Assembly: GCA_009836625.1 (NCBI GenBank)
Contig: VXVC01000004.1
Location: 641,037 to 705,036 of the forward strand
Length of the DNA stretch: 64,000 bases
DNA from: Holophagales bacterium
GTDB lineage: Bacteria; Acidobacteriota; Thermoanaerobaculia; Multivoradales; Multivoraceae
Direction: 5' to 3'
The position numbers were made by a program, and so were the translations under genes. Of the stretch, positions 27,499-36,650 are shown piece after piece. The notes under the pieces are model-generated. The model did not search any database and was not told the origin of the DNA. It was given only the letters and a program-made list of their open reading frames with translations. Position 1 is the stretch's first letter. Each line of letters begins with the position of its first letter.

Positions 27499-28965
27499 AT
27501 GCGCACCGCCACCAACCCGACGCGCATCGCCCCCCTGATCGTTCCGGCGATGGCTGCGCTCCTGGCCCTGGCGCCGGCGTCGGGCATGGCTCAGGACGGT
27601 TCCGGCGATCCGCGGCTGCCGGAGGCATCGCGACGGCTCCAGCAGTACATCCGCATCGACACGACGAACCCGCCGGGCAACGAGAGCGAGGCGGTCGCGT
27701 TCTTCGCGGACATCTTCGAGCGCGAGGGGATCCCCTACGAAACCGTGGAACCCGAACCCGGCCGCGGCAGCATCTGGGCGCGGCTCGAAGGGGGCTCCGC
27801 CCCGGGAATCATCCTGCTTCACCACATCGACGTCGTGCCCGCCGACCCGCGGTTCTGGAAGCACGATCCGCTGTCCGGAACCTACGAGAACGGCTACCTC
27901 AACGGCCGCGGGGCCCTCGACACGAAGGGCCTGGGGATCATGCACCTGGAGGCCTTTCTCGCCCTCGCCCGCTCCGGAGCGCCCCTCGAGCGCGACGTCA
28001 TCTTCCTGGCCACGGCGGACGAGGAGGCGGGCGGCCGGCTCGGCGTCGGCTGGATCGTCCGCAACCGGCCGGACTGGCTGGAAGGTGTCGGAATGGTGCT
28101 CAACGAGGGCGGCAGCGGAGGCGTTCGGGGCAACCGGGTCGTCTTCAGCGTCGAGGTGACGCAGAAGGTGCCGATGTGGCTCCGGTTGAACGCGGTCGGG
28201 CCCGGCGGCCACGGCTCCAGCCCGTCGCCCCGCAGCGCCGTGCTCGACCTGATCGAAGCGCTCGAACGTCTCCGCCAGGATCCGTTCGCCCCCCGCATCG
28301 TGCCGGAGGTGGGCGACTTCTTCCGGGACCTGGCCGCGCTCCACTCCGGCGCCGGCCACCTCGCCGACCCGGAGCGCCTGATCGCGGCGCCGGAACGTCT
28401 CGCCGCCCTGCACCGGACGAACCCGACGCTGCACGCGCTCACCCGGAACACCTGCGCCGTCACGAGGCTCAACGCGTCGAGCACGATCAACGTCGTCGCG
28501 CCCGCCGCGTGGGCGGAACTGGACTGCCGGCTGCTTCCCGACCAGGCGCCGCGGGCCTTCATCCACGAACTACGGAAGCGGATCGCTCAGCCGTCCATCT
28601 CGATCGAGGTCCTGCTTTCGTTCACCCCGGCCGTGTCCTCGACGGATACCGACCTCTACCGGGCCATTGAATCCGTTACCGCGCGCCGCTTCCCGGGCTC
28701 CACCGTCATCCCGGCCGTGACCGCCGGCTTCACCGACAGTCGCTTCTTCCGCGAACGCGGCATCGTCGCCTACGGCTTCTCGCCGGCCGTCCTCACGGGC
28801 GCCGACCAGGGCGGCGTCCACGGCAACAACGAGCGGATCTCGGTCCAGAACGTCGAACGCGGCTGGCGCACGATGCTCGACCTCCTCGAGACGATCGCCG
28901 TCGCTCCCGACCGGCGCAGGACCGGGCCAAGCGCCTTCACGCCGACCGCCGGCGGCCAGGACTGA
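27499..28965 (+). CDS. M20-family metallopeptidase/deacylase (ArgE/DapE/CPG2-like), secreted
   Basis: Signal peptide. M20 metal-binding blocks: ILLHHIDVVPA, GRGALDTKG, ATADEEAGG, VLNEGGSG and the C-terminal catalytic/dimerisation region. The start could alternatively be 27442. Confidence 0.75.
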   Translation: MRTATNPTRIAPLIVPAMAALLALAPASGMAQDGSGDPRLPEASRRLQQYIRIDTTNPPGNESEAVAFFADIFEREGIPYETVEPEPGRGSIWARLEGGSAPGIILLHHIDVVPADPRFWKHDPLSGTYENGYLNGRGALDTKGLGIMHLEAFLALARSGAPLERDVIFLATADEEAGGRLGVGWIVRNRPDWLEGVGMVLNEGGSGGVRGNRVVFSVEVTQKVPMWLRLNAVGPGGHGSSPSPRSAVLDLIEALERLRQDPFAPRIVPEVGDFFRDLAALHSGAGHLADPERLIAAPERLAALHRTNPTLHALTRNTCAVTRLNASSTINVVAPAAWAELDCRLLPDQAPRAFIHELRKRIAQPSISIEVLLSFTPAVSSTDTDLYRAIESVTARRFPGSTVIPAVTAGFTDSRFFRERGIVAYGFSPAVLTGADQGGVHGNNERISVQNVERGWRTMLDLLETIAVAPDRRRTGPSAFTPTAGGQD

Positions 28966-28968
28966 ACC

Positions 28969-30549
28969 ATGATGAAGACCCCCTACCGCCTCGCTGCCGC
29001 CGCAGCTCTCCTTCCTCTTCTCCTCGCCTGCGCCGCCGAGCCGCCCGACCCGTTCCTCGTTCAAACCGACGCCGGCCCCGTCCAGGGCTTCGCTCCCGAG
29101 GGCGCCGTGGACGTCGCCGCCTTCCTCGGCATCCCGTTCGCGCGGGCCCCCGAAGGTGACCTGCGCTGGCGTCCGCCGGTGGCCGTGGAGCCCTGGACGG
29201 AACCTCTCCAGGCCGGCGAGTACCGTCCCATCTGCCCGCAGAGCCGCGCCCAGTTGCCCCAGAGCGAGGATTGCCTGTACCTGAACGTCTGGACATCGGC
29301 CGAGCGCGCCGGCGAAGACGCCATGCCGGTCATGGTCTGGATTCACGGCGGCGGCTTCCGCGCCGGCAACGGCCGGCTCGGCGAAGCCCCAGCGACCGGC
29401 CGCGGCGTCGGCCTTGCAAGCCGCGGCGTCGTGGTCGTCAGCATCCAGTACCGGCTGGCCGCCCTCGGCTTCTTCGCCCACCCGGCTCTCGCCGCGGAAG
29501 CCGCGACCTCCGGCGAGCCCGAAGGCAGCCACGGCGTGCTCGACATGATCGCCGCCCTGGAGTGGGTGCAGCGGAACGCCTCGGCCTTCGGCGGCGATCC
29601 GGACCGCGTGACGATCTTCGGCGTCTCGGCCGGCGGGATGGCCGTGAACACGCTGATGAGCACACCCGCGTCCGCCGGCCTGTTCCACCGGGCGATCTCG
29701 GAGAGCGGTTACGGCACCTGGCGGCTGCCGCATCTCAGCGAGGCCCGGTGGGGACTCTCCTCGGCCCGCGATCAGGGAGCGGCGCTGATCGCCGGCGCCT
29801 TCGACCTCGGCGAGAATCCCTCGGCCGCCGACCTGCGCGCGCTTCCGGTCGAGGAACTGATCAACCTCGGCACCGGCTTCTGGGTGCCGATCACTGGCAC
29901 CGTGCTCCCTGACGAGCCCGGCGTCGTGTTCGCCCGGGGCGAGCAGCACGACGTGCCCTACATCACCGGCGGCAACAGCTTCGAGGGGACCATCTTCCGC
30001 GCCTTCGCGATGGCGCCCGGCGACTACTTCGCCACCTTCGGCGAGCGCGAAGGACAGGCCCGGGCTCTCTACGGAGCGGACGGCGAGACCGACGATGACG
30101 CCGAGCGGATCGCCGCGGCCACCCTGTTCGGCGACCAGCGCTACGTCATCTCGGCCCGCTATCTTGCGGAACAGATGAAGACCGTCTCCTCGCCGGCGCG
30201 CACCTACTACTTCCGGTTCGTCCCCGAAGCGCGGCGCGAGATGTTCCCCGGCGCCCCCCACGGTTCCGAGGTCGCCTACGCCTTCGGCGACACGGGCGAC
30301 CCCGACGCCGAGCGTTACCCCGGCCCGGACGGCGAAGCCCTGGGCGACGCGATGGCCGGCTACTGGACCCGCTTCGCCGCCACCGGCGACCCGAACGGCG
30401 ACCGCGCCCCGGAATGGCCGGAGTACGACGCGGAGAACGACACCTGGATGGTGCTCGACGCGCCGGAACCCAAGGCGACGCCGGGCGTGCTCAAGGACAA
30501 GCTCGACCTGCTCGAAGCGGTGTACCTGGAACGCATCGGCGGAGAGTGA
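28969..30549 (+). CDS. Carboxylesterase type B family lipoprotein (para-nitrobenzyl-esterase-like)
   Basis: Lipobox LLLACA. Blocks: EDCLYLNVWT, VMVWIHGGGFRAGNG, and the nucleophile elbow GVSAGG (GxSxG). Begins 3 nt after the M20 peptidase stop. Confidence 0.8.
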   Translation: MMKTPYRLAAAAALLPLLLACAAEPPDPFLVQTDAGPVQGFAPEGAVDVAAFLGIPFARAPEGDLRWRPPVAVEPWTEPLQAGEYRPICPQSRAQLPQSEDCLYLNVWTSAERAGEDAMPVMVWIHGGGFRAGNGRLGEAPATGRGVGLASRGVVVVSIQYRLAALGFFAHPALAAEAATSGEPEGSHGVLDMIAALEWVQRNASAFGGDPDRVTIFGVSAGGMAVNTLMSTPASAGLFHRAISESGYGTWRLPHLSEARWGLSSARDQGAALIAGAFDLGENPSAADLRALPVEELINLGTGFWVPITGTVLPDEPGVVFARGEQHDVPYITGGNSFEGTIFRAFAMAPGDYFATFGEREGQARALYGADGETDDDAERIAAATLFGDQRYVISARYLAEQMKTVSSPARTYYFRFVPEARREMFPGAPHGSEVAYAFGDTGDPDAERYPGPDGEALGDAMAGYWTRFAATGDPNGDRAPEWPEYDAENDTWMVLDAPEPKATPGVLKDKLDLLEAVYLERIGGE

Positions 30550-30559
30550 CGCAGGGCGC

Positions 30560-31234
30560 TTAGCCCGCGGCCCTGGCGCTCTTCCGACGCGCGTCCTCGA
30601 ACAACGTCGGCACGAACTTCTCCGTCTCGCCGCTCTCCTCGACGTTATGGACGATCCAGTCCCGGAGCAGTTCCTCCGTGAACTGCCGGCGGATGATCCA
30701 GTTCAGGAGTCGGCCGATGATCGGCACCCGCACGCCGATCCGGGCCTCGGTGTAGAAGGAGCAACCGCCCTCCACCTCGGCGTACAGGTGGTCGAGCGAG
30801 CCGACCCGGAACAGGCCCGCGAGCAGGAGGTCGAAGTTGAAGGCCTCGTCGTCGAACTTCGAGACGCGCGCTCGTGCGCGCACCGGGTGCTTCCCGCCAA
30901 GATCTTCACGAATCTCGATCACGCTTCCCGGACCGGGGCGTCCGCGGACATAGACTCGCCGGCGCCAGCGGACAGTAATGTGGTCGAAGGGGTGCCAATA
31001 GCGGTAGACCGGCACCGGCGGCCCGGTGAAGTCGCTGCCGTTGTAGCGGGTCCAGGTATCGATGTTCTCGAACCACCAGCGCAGCATCTCGGGCGAGACG
31101 CCCCTCATCGTGTCGTGTTCGATCGAGGCGCGTAAACGGCCGCCGGAAAGACGCTCCACCCTGTGCCGCGCGGAGTCGAGGCCTTTCATCGGGCCGAAGA
31201 ACCCGGTCTTGGCGCCGGATCGCGTGTCGGACAT
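30560..31234 (-). CDS. Conserved hypothetical protein (function unknown)
   Basis: 224-aa ORF with protein-like composition and no motif I can assign with confidence. The start is uncertain: the listed start codon overlaps the divergent cytochrome c start, and an internal Met (MKGLDS, at 31189) is the alternative. Confidence 0.45.
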   Translation of the reverse strand: MSDTRSGAKTGFFGPMKGLDSARHRVERLSGGRLRASIEHDTMRGVSPEMLRWWFENIDTWTRYNGSDFTGPPVPVYRYWHPFDHITVRWRRRVYVRGRPGPGSVIEIREDLGGKHPVRARARVSKFDDEAFNFDLLLAGLFRVGSLDHLYAEVEGGCSFYTEARIGVRVPIIGRLLNWIIRRQFTEELLRDWIVHNVEESGETEKFVPTLFEDARRKSARAAG

Positions 31235-32291
31235 GAAACCCCCGGTAGCAACGTATCAGCACCGCGCCCTTCGGCTCCCGGCCCTTCTTTGCGTGGTCCT
31301 GTCGACTGGCGCCGCAACCGTCGCGAACGCGCAGAGCACCCAGGCCGAAGGTGCGTCCGCGCCAGTTGCGGTAGCGGACGACCTCGGCCGGCAGGCGTTC
31401 CTCCGCTACTGCCGCGAGTGCCACGGCGAGGACGGCGACGGTCTGGGCAAGTTCAGCTACACCACCGGCGAGCGGCCCCGCAGCTTCCAGTCGGGCCGCT
31501 TCAAGCTGGCGACGACCGAGAACGCGATCCCGTCGGACCGCGATCTGGAAGAGACGATCCGGCGCGGCATGCCCGGCACCGGCATGTCGGCCTGGGGCCA
31601 GGTTCCCGACGCCGAGATCGCGGCGATGGCTCGCTACACGCGCAGTTTCAGCCTGGACGCCATCCGGAGCGAACTCGATCGGGAGGTCGCCGCAGGCGAG
31701 TTGAGCGCCGAGGACGCCGACGCGGAGTTCGCGAGGCGAACGACGCCGGGGCGGGCGATCGAGATACCGCCCGAGCCTCCCTTCGACGACGAACGACGCA
31801 CCCGGGGCGAACGGATCTACCTGGAGGCCTGCGCTTCCTGCCACGGCCCGAACGGCAGGCGGCTTCGCAATGACCCGATGCCGGATTTCGAGGGCAACCA
31901 CACCCTGCCGACCAACATCGTCGGCGGGGTCTTCAAGGGAGGAAACGGCAGCGCCGACATCTACAGCCGCCTCTATCTCGGCATGGACGGCACGGCGATG
32001 CCGGGTTATCGCGACGCCTACAGCCGGGACGAGCTCTGGGATCTCGTCCACACCGTCGAGAGGATCATCGCCGAGGACGGCCTGGGCCAGCCGGAAGACG
32101 AGGCGGCGATGGCGGCGGCGGCGACCGCGGCTCAAGCAGCGGCGGCAACCTACGACTCGCTCTTCGACGAGCCGAGGGACGACGTGGTCACGTACGACGA
32201 GACCGGAGCTTCGCCGATCCTGCTCTGGGGCGGCGGCGTGTTGCTGCTGCTGGTAATCGTGGGATCGGCGCTGTTGACGAGCCGCCGATGA
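31233..32291 (+). CDS. Diheme c-type cytochrome with C-terminal membrane anchor
   Basis: Signal peptide MKPPVATYQHRALRLPALLCVVLSTGAATVANAQ. Two CxxCH motifs (CRECHGEDGDG and CASCHGPNGRR), each followed by downstream Met residues that could serve as heme ligands. C-terminal hydrophobic helix ILLWGGGVLLLLVIVGSALL. The real start is internal to the six-frame ORF 31062-32291. Confidence 0.75.
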   Translation: MKPPVATYQHRALRLPALLCVVLSTGAATVANAQSTQAEGASAPVAVADDLGRQAFLRYCRECHGEDGDGLGKFSYTTGERPRSFQSGRFKLATTENAIPSDRDLEETIRRGMPGTGMSAWGQVPDAEIAAMARYTRSFSLDAIRSELDREVAAGELSAEDADAEFARRTTPGRAIEIPPEPPFDDERRTRGERIYLEACASCHGPNGRRLRNDPMPDFEGNHTLPTNIVGGVFKGGNGSADIYSRLYLGMDGTAMPGYRDAYSRDELWDLVHTVERIIAEDGLGQPEDEAAMAAAATAAQAAAATYDSLFDEPRDDVVTYDETGASPILLWGGGVLLLLVIVGSALLTSRR

Positions 32292-32296
32292 CCCGC

Positions 32297-33433
32297 TCAG
32301 TGGCTGGCGCGGAAGTCCAGCATGTAGTCGCGCAGGCGCTCGACGCCCTCGACGGGCATCGCGTTGTAGGCGGAGACACGGAAGCCGCCGACTGAACGGT
32401 GGCCCTTGATCGAGACGAGATCCAGCTCGGCCGCGCCGGCGACGAACGCATCTTCCAGATCGGCGCGGCGCAGCCTGAACGTCACGTTCATGCGCGAACG
32501 GCAAGCGCGCGCGGCATGGGAAACGAAGAACTCGCCGCCGTCCCGGTCCAGCACGTCGTAGATCAGCCCGCTCTTCGCCGCCGCCCGCTCGGCCGCGGCC
32601 TCCAGGCCACCGACCTCGTCGCGCAGCCAACGCGTGATGAGCAGGAAGACGTACACGCCGAAGACGTTCGGCGTGTTGAGGCGCGAGCCCTTCTCCGCCT
32701 GAAGCCGGTAGCTGAGCATCGAGTGCACATCGTTGCCGCACCGTTCGAGAACCTGGTCCGAGACGATGACCACGGTCAGCCCGGCGGGACCGGCGTTCTT
32801 CTGGGCACAAGCGTAGAGCAGGCCGTGTCCGCTCACGTCGACCGGGCCCGAGAGAAAGTCCGACGATGCGTCGCACACCAGGGGCGCGGCGCCGGCCGCG
32901 GGCGGACGGCGGAACTGGACGCCCTGGATCGTCTCGTTCGAGGTGTAGTAGACGTAGGCCGAGGCCGGCGGCAGATCGAGTTCTCCGTCGTCCGGCACCC
33001 GCACGAAGTTGTCGGCCTTTCCGTCCCAGGCCACGTGGACCCTGCCCTCGCGCCGCGCTTCGACGGCGGCCTTGCGGCCCCAGGATCCGGTCAGGATGTA
33101 GCTCGCCGGCAGGTCCTGGCCACGCAGCAGATTGATCGGGACCATCGAGAACTGCAGCGAGGCGCCGCCTTGCAGGAAGAGCACCCGGTAGTCCGCCGGG
33201 ATGGCAAGCAGCTCGCGCAGGTTGGCTTCCGCTTCCTCCAGAATCGCGTCGAAGGCCGGCGAACGGTGACTGATCTCCAGCACGGAACTGCCGGCGCCCG
33301 GCAGCGCCAGCAGATCGCGCTGGATCTCCTGAAGGACCGGCAACGGCAGCACCGCCGGACCCGGTGAGAAGTTGAAGACGCGCTGGTTCAGCGCCTGCTG
33401 CGTCGAGGTCTGTCGATCGAGCGTCAGGGTCAT
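32297..33433 (-). CDS. serC: 3-phosphoserine/phosphohydroxythreonine aminotransferase
   Basis: Diagnostic N-terminal FNFSPGPAVLP motif. A class-V aminotransferase fold throughout (SHRSPAFDAILEEAE, YTSNETIQGV, PLVCDASSD...KNAGPAGLTVVIV). Confidence 0.85.
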   Translation of the reverse strand: MTLTLDRQTSTQQALNQRVFNFSPGPAVLPLPVLQEIQRDLLALPGAGSSVLEISHRSPAFDAILEEAEANLRELLAIPADYRVLFLQGGASLQFSMVPINLLRGQDLPASYILTGSWGRKAAVEARREGRVHVAWDGKADNFVRVPDDGELDLPPASAYVYYTSNETIQGVQFRRPPAAGAAPLVCDASSDFLSGPVDVSGHGLLYACAQKNAGPAGLTVVIVSDQVLERCGNDVHSMLSYRLQAEKGSRLNTPNVFGVYVFLLITRWLRDEVGGLEAAAERAAAKSGLIYDVLDRDGGEFFVSHAARACRSRMNVTFRLRRADLEDAFVAGAAELDLVSIKGHRSVGGFRVSAYNAMPVEGVERLRDYMLDFRASH

Positions 33434-33444
33434 GGTGGAAGTCC

Positions 33445-35658
33445 GTGTGGTTGCCGAACCGGGGCCGGTCGGCGAGCGCGAATCGTACCGGCATTCGGCG
33501 TTGTACGCTTCCGGGAATGACGATCGCGGATCCCGCGCCGGCTCTGGAGGGCAACCCGGCGGTCCACCACACCGCCTGCACGCTGGATTGTCCAGACTCC
33601 TGCTCCCTCGAGGTGGAGGTTGAGGACGGACGCGTCACCAAGGTGCGGGCGGCGCCGCCGGAAGTCGCGCATCCGCTGACCGCCGGCTTCATCTGCTCCA
33701 AGGTCGGACGGATCTCGCGCCATCTCTACGGCGAGGACCGCCTGCTCCACCCGGCCCTGCGAGAGGGCGCCAAAGGCGACGGCGACTTCCGGCCCATCTC
33801 CTGGGACGACGCCATCGACCTGATCGTCGAACGGATGGCCGAAGCGAAGACGACCCTCGGAGGCGAGTCGGTCCTGCCGCTCAGCTACGGCGGCTCGAAC
33901 GGCCTGCTCACGCAGGACACCGCGGACGCGATCCTGTTCCGTCGCTTCGGCGCCTCCCAGCTCGCGCGCACCGTATGCGCGGCGCCCAGCACCGCGGCCG
34001 CGCTCGGCCTCTACGGCAAGATGGCCGGCGTCGCCCTCGAGGACTACGAACACGCAGAGCTGGCGATCGTCTGGGGCGCCAACCCTTCCTCCACCGGCAT
34101 CCACCTGGTGCCGATCCTGCGCGCCGCCCGGGCCCGCGGCGGCAAACTCGTCGTCGTCGATCCGCGGCGCACGCCGCTGGCCAAGCAGGCCGACCTCCAT
34201 CTTCAACCCCGGCCAGGTACGGATCTGTGCCTCGCCCTGGCGCTTCACCGCGAGCTGTTCCGCCGCGGCGACGCGGATCGCGAGTTTCTGGCCGAACACG
34301 CGACCGGCGTCGACGAACTGCGGCGGCGGGCCGAGCCCTGGACCTTCGAGCGCGCCGCCGAGGTCACCGGCGTCCCGGTGCGCGACATCACCCGCTGCTA
34401 CGAGCTCTACAGCACGTCCTCGCCGGCGGTCATCCGCTGCGGCTGGGGCGTCGAGCGGAACCGGAACGGCGGCTCGGCGGTCGCGGCGGTCCTCGCCCTG
34501 CCCGCCGTGGCCGGAAAGTTCAAGGTCCGGGCGGGCGGCTACACGATGAGCAACGGCGCCGCCTTCCGGAACGTCGGCTGGCGCGAGCCGTCGCCGGGCA
34601 CGCGGATCGTGAACATGAACCACATCGGCAGGGTGCTGACCGACCCGAACGCCATCTCAGGACCACCGGTACAGGTCCTCTTCGTCTACAACGCGAATCC
34701 GCTCGCGACGCTGCCGAACCAGGAACTCGTCCGTCGCGGTCTCGAAAGGGAGGACCTGTTCACCGTCGTCTTCGACCAGGTGATGACCGACACCGCCGCC
34801 TGGGCCGACCTGGTGCTGCCGGCGACGACCTTCCTGGAGCACGACGACCTGGCGATGGGCTACGGCGCGATGGTGCTCCACGACACGAAGCCGGTGGCGC
34901 AGCCGGTCGGCGAGGCCCGGTCCAACCTCCGCGTGTTCGGCGAACTGGCCGACCGACTCGGTCTCCTGCGCGACGACGACCCCCGCTCGGAGGCCGAGTG
35001 GCGGCAGGCGGTGCTCGGCGGTTCGCGCCAGCGCCGGCTCGCGGACGAGGGTCTGGTGCTGCCGGAGACCGGCCGCCGGCCGATCCAGTTCGTCGACGTC
35101 TTTCCGCACACGGCCGACCGCAAGGTCCATCTCTGCCCGCCCTCGCTCGAAACCGAATCGGCCCGCGGGCTCTACGCCTTTCACGCCGAGCTGGGAGAAG
35201 GGCGCTATCCGCTGGCCCTCATCTCTCCCTCGGTGCCGCAGACGGTGAGTTCCACCTTCGGCCAGTTGCGACCCGGCCAGGTGCCGCTCGAGATGCACCC
35301 GGAGGACGCCGCCGCACGCGGCCTCGGCCGCGACAAGCCGCGGGTGCGGGTGTTCAACGACTACGGCGAGGTGCGCTGCCACGTCCGCCTCAACCGGGAT
35401 CTCAAGCCCGGCGTGGCTCTACTGCCCAAGGGAGTCTGGGCCAGGAGCACCGAGTCCGGGACCAACGCCTGCGCCCTCGCGCCGGACACCCTGACCGACA
35501 TCGGGGCGGGCGCCTGCTTCAACGACGCCCGGGTCGAGGTCGAGGCGCTGTCCGACGTGTCGGTACGCCGGCCCGACATCCGACCGCCCGAAGACGGGCG
35601 CTCGGACTGTGACGCGTCTGGAGCGAGGACGCGCCAGCCGGGTGCTGGCCGGCCCTGA
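33445..35658 (+). CDS. Molybdopterin (bis-MGD) oxidoreductase family protein
   Basis: N-terminal 4Fe-4S motif HTACTLDCPDSCSL. Typical MopB-superfamily blocks (LSYGGSNG, AIVWGANP, GGKLVVVDPRRT) and a C-terminal molybdopterin-binding beta-barrel region. The substrate cannot be assigned. The start could be 33517 (MTIADPAP). Confidence 0.7.
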   Translation: MWLPNRGRSASANRTGIRRCTLPGMTIADPAPALEGNPAVHHTACTLDCPDSCSLEVEVEDGRVTKVRAAPPEVAHPLTAGFICSKVGRISRHLYGEDRLLHPALREGAKGDGDFRPISWDDAIDLIVERMAEAKTTLGGESVLPLSYGGSNGLLTQDTADAILFRRFGASQLARTVCAAPSTAAALGLYGKMAGVALEDYEHAELAIVWGANPSSTGIHLVPILRAARARGGKLVVVDPRRTPLAKQADLHLQPRPGTDLCLALALHRELFRRGDADREFLAEHATGVDELRRRAEPWTFERAAEVTGVPVRDITRCYELYSTSSPAVIRCGWGVERNRNGGSAVAAVLALPAVAGKFKVRAGGYTMSNGAAFRNVGWREPSPGTRIVNMNHIGRVLTDPNAISGPPVQVLFVYNANPLATLPNQELVRRGLEREDLFTVVFDQVMTDTAAWADLVLPATTFLEHDDLAMGYGAMVLHDTKPVAQPVGEARSNLRVFGELADRLGLLRDDDPRSEAEWRQAVLGGSRQRRLADEGLVLPETGRRPIQFVDVFPHTADRKVHLCPPSLETESARGLYAFHAELGEGRYPLALISPSVPQTVSSTFGQLRPGQVPLEMHPEDAAARGLGRDKPRVRVFNDYGEVRCHVRLNRDLKPGVALLPKGVWARSTESGTNACALAPDTLTDIGAGACFNDARVEVEALSDVSVRRPDIRPPEDGRSDCDASGARTRQPGAGRP

Positions 35659-35666
35659 GCCACAAC

Positions 35667-36650
35667 GTGGAATCGCGAGCCCGAGTCCCGCTCCTCGCCG
35701 CCGCGCTGGCGTGCGCAACAGGGCTGCCTGCCGCCACGCTCGCCGGCGACGACGGGGCCACGGAGGATGTCGTGTCGCCACCGTCCAGGATCGTCATCGC
35801 ACACCGCGGCGCCAGTGGCTACCTGCCCGAGCACACGCTGCCGGCCTACGCCCTCGCCCACGGCATGGGGGCCGACTACATCGAGCCTGACCTCGTCCTG
35901 ACCCGGGACGGTCACCTGATCTGCCTGCACGACATCTACCTCCAGGCGACGACGAACGTCGAGCAGGTCTTCCCCAGCCGCGCCCGCGAGGACGGCCGCT
36001 GGTACGCCGCCGACTTTTCGCTCGCCGAGATCCGGCGACTCGAGGCCAGGGAAAGGCTGAGCAACCGATTCCCGAGGGGCAGGAGCCGCTTCGCCGTCCC
36101 CTCCTTCGCCGAGATGATCGAGCTTGTCCAGGGCCTGAACGAGCGCACCGGCCGAACGGTCGGCATCTATCCCGAGATCAAGGCGCCCGCCTGGCACCGC
36201 GCCCAAGGGCTGCCGATGGAGGCGGCGCTACTTGAGCTTCTCGAGCGCTACGGCTACCGAAAGCCCGGCGCGCCGGTCTTCGTCCAGAGCTTCGAGCCGG
36301 AGAGTCTCAAACGCCTGCGGGCGCTGGGTTCGAAGCTGCCCCAGGTCCTCCTGATGGCAGAGGTCGAGCAGTACCAGCGCTTCCTCAGTCCAGAGGGCAT
36401 CGCCAGCATCGCCGCGTTCGCCGACGGCATCGGCCCGGCCAAGACGATGCTGGAGCGGCAGCCCGAGCTGATCGGCTGGGCGCGCGACGCCGGCCTGATC
36501 ATCCATCCCTACACGTTCCGCGCCGACCAGGTGCCGGACCGTCACGGCAGCCACGAAGCGGAACTCGAGCGCTACCTGTTCGAACTCGGCGTCGACGGCG
36601 TGTTCACCGACTATCCGGATCGGGCGCGGGCGGTGCTGGACGACCGGTAG
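35667..36650 (+). CDS. glpQ: Glycerophosphodiester phosphodiesterase, periplasmic
   Basis: Signal peptide. Catalytic block VIAHRGASGYLPEHTLPAYALAHGMGADYIEPDLVLTRDGHLICLHD (GP-PDE H-R...E...D...H) and FVQSFE. Confidence 0.85.
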   Translation: MESRARVPLLAAALACATGLPAATLAGDDGATEDVVSPPSRIVIAHRGASGYLPEHTLPAYALAHGMGADYIEPDLVLTRDGHLICLHDIYLQATTNVEQVFPSRAREDGRWYAADFSLAEIRRLEARERLSNRFPRGRSRFAVPSFAEMIELVQGLNERTGRTVGIYPEIKAPAWHRAQGLPMEAALLELLERYGYRKPGAPVFVQSFEPESLKRLRALGSKLPQVLLMAEVEQYQRFLSPEGIASIAAFADGIGPAKTMLERQPELIGWARDAGLIIHPYTFRADQVPDRHGSHEAELERYLFELGVDGVFTDYPDRARAVLDDR

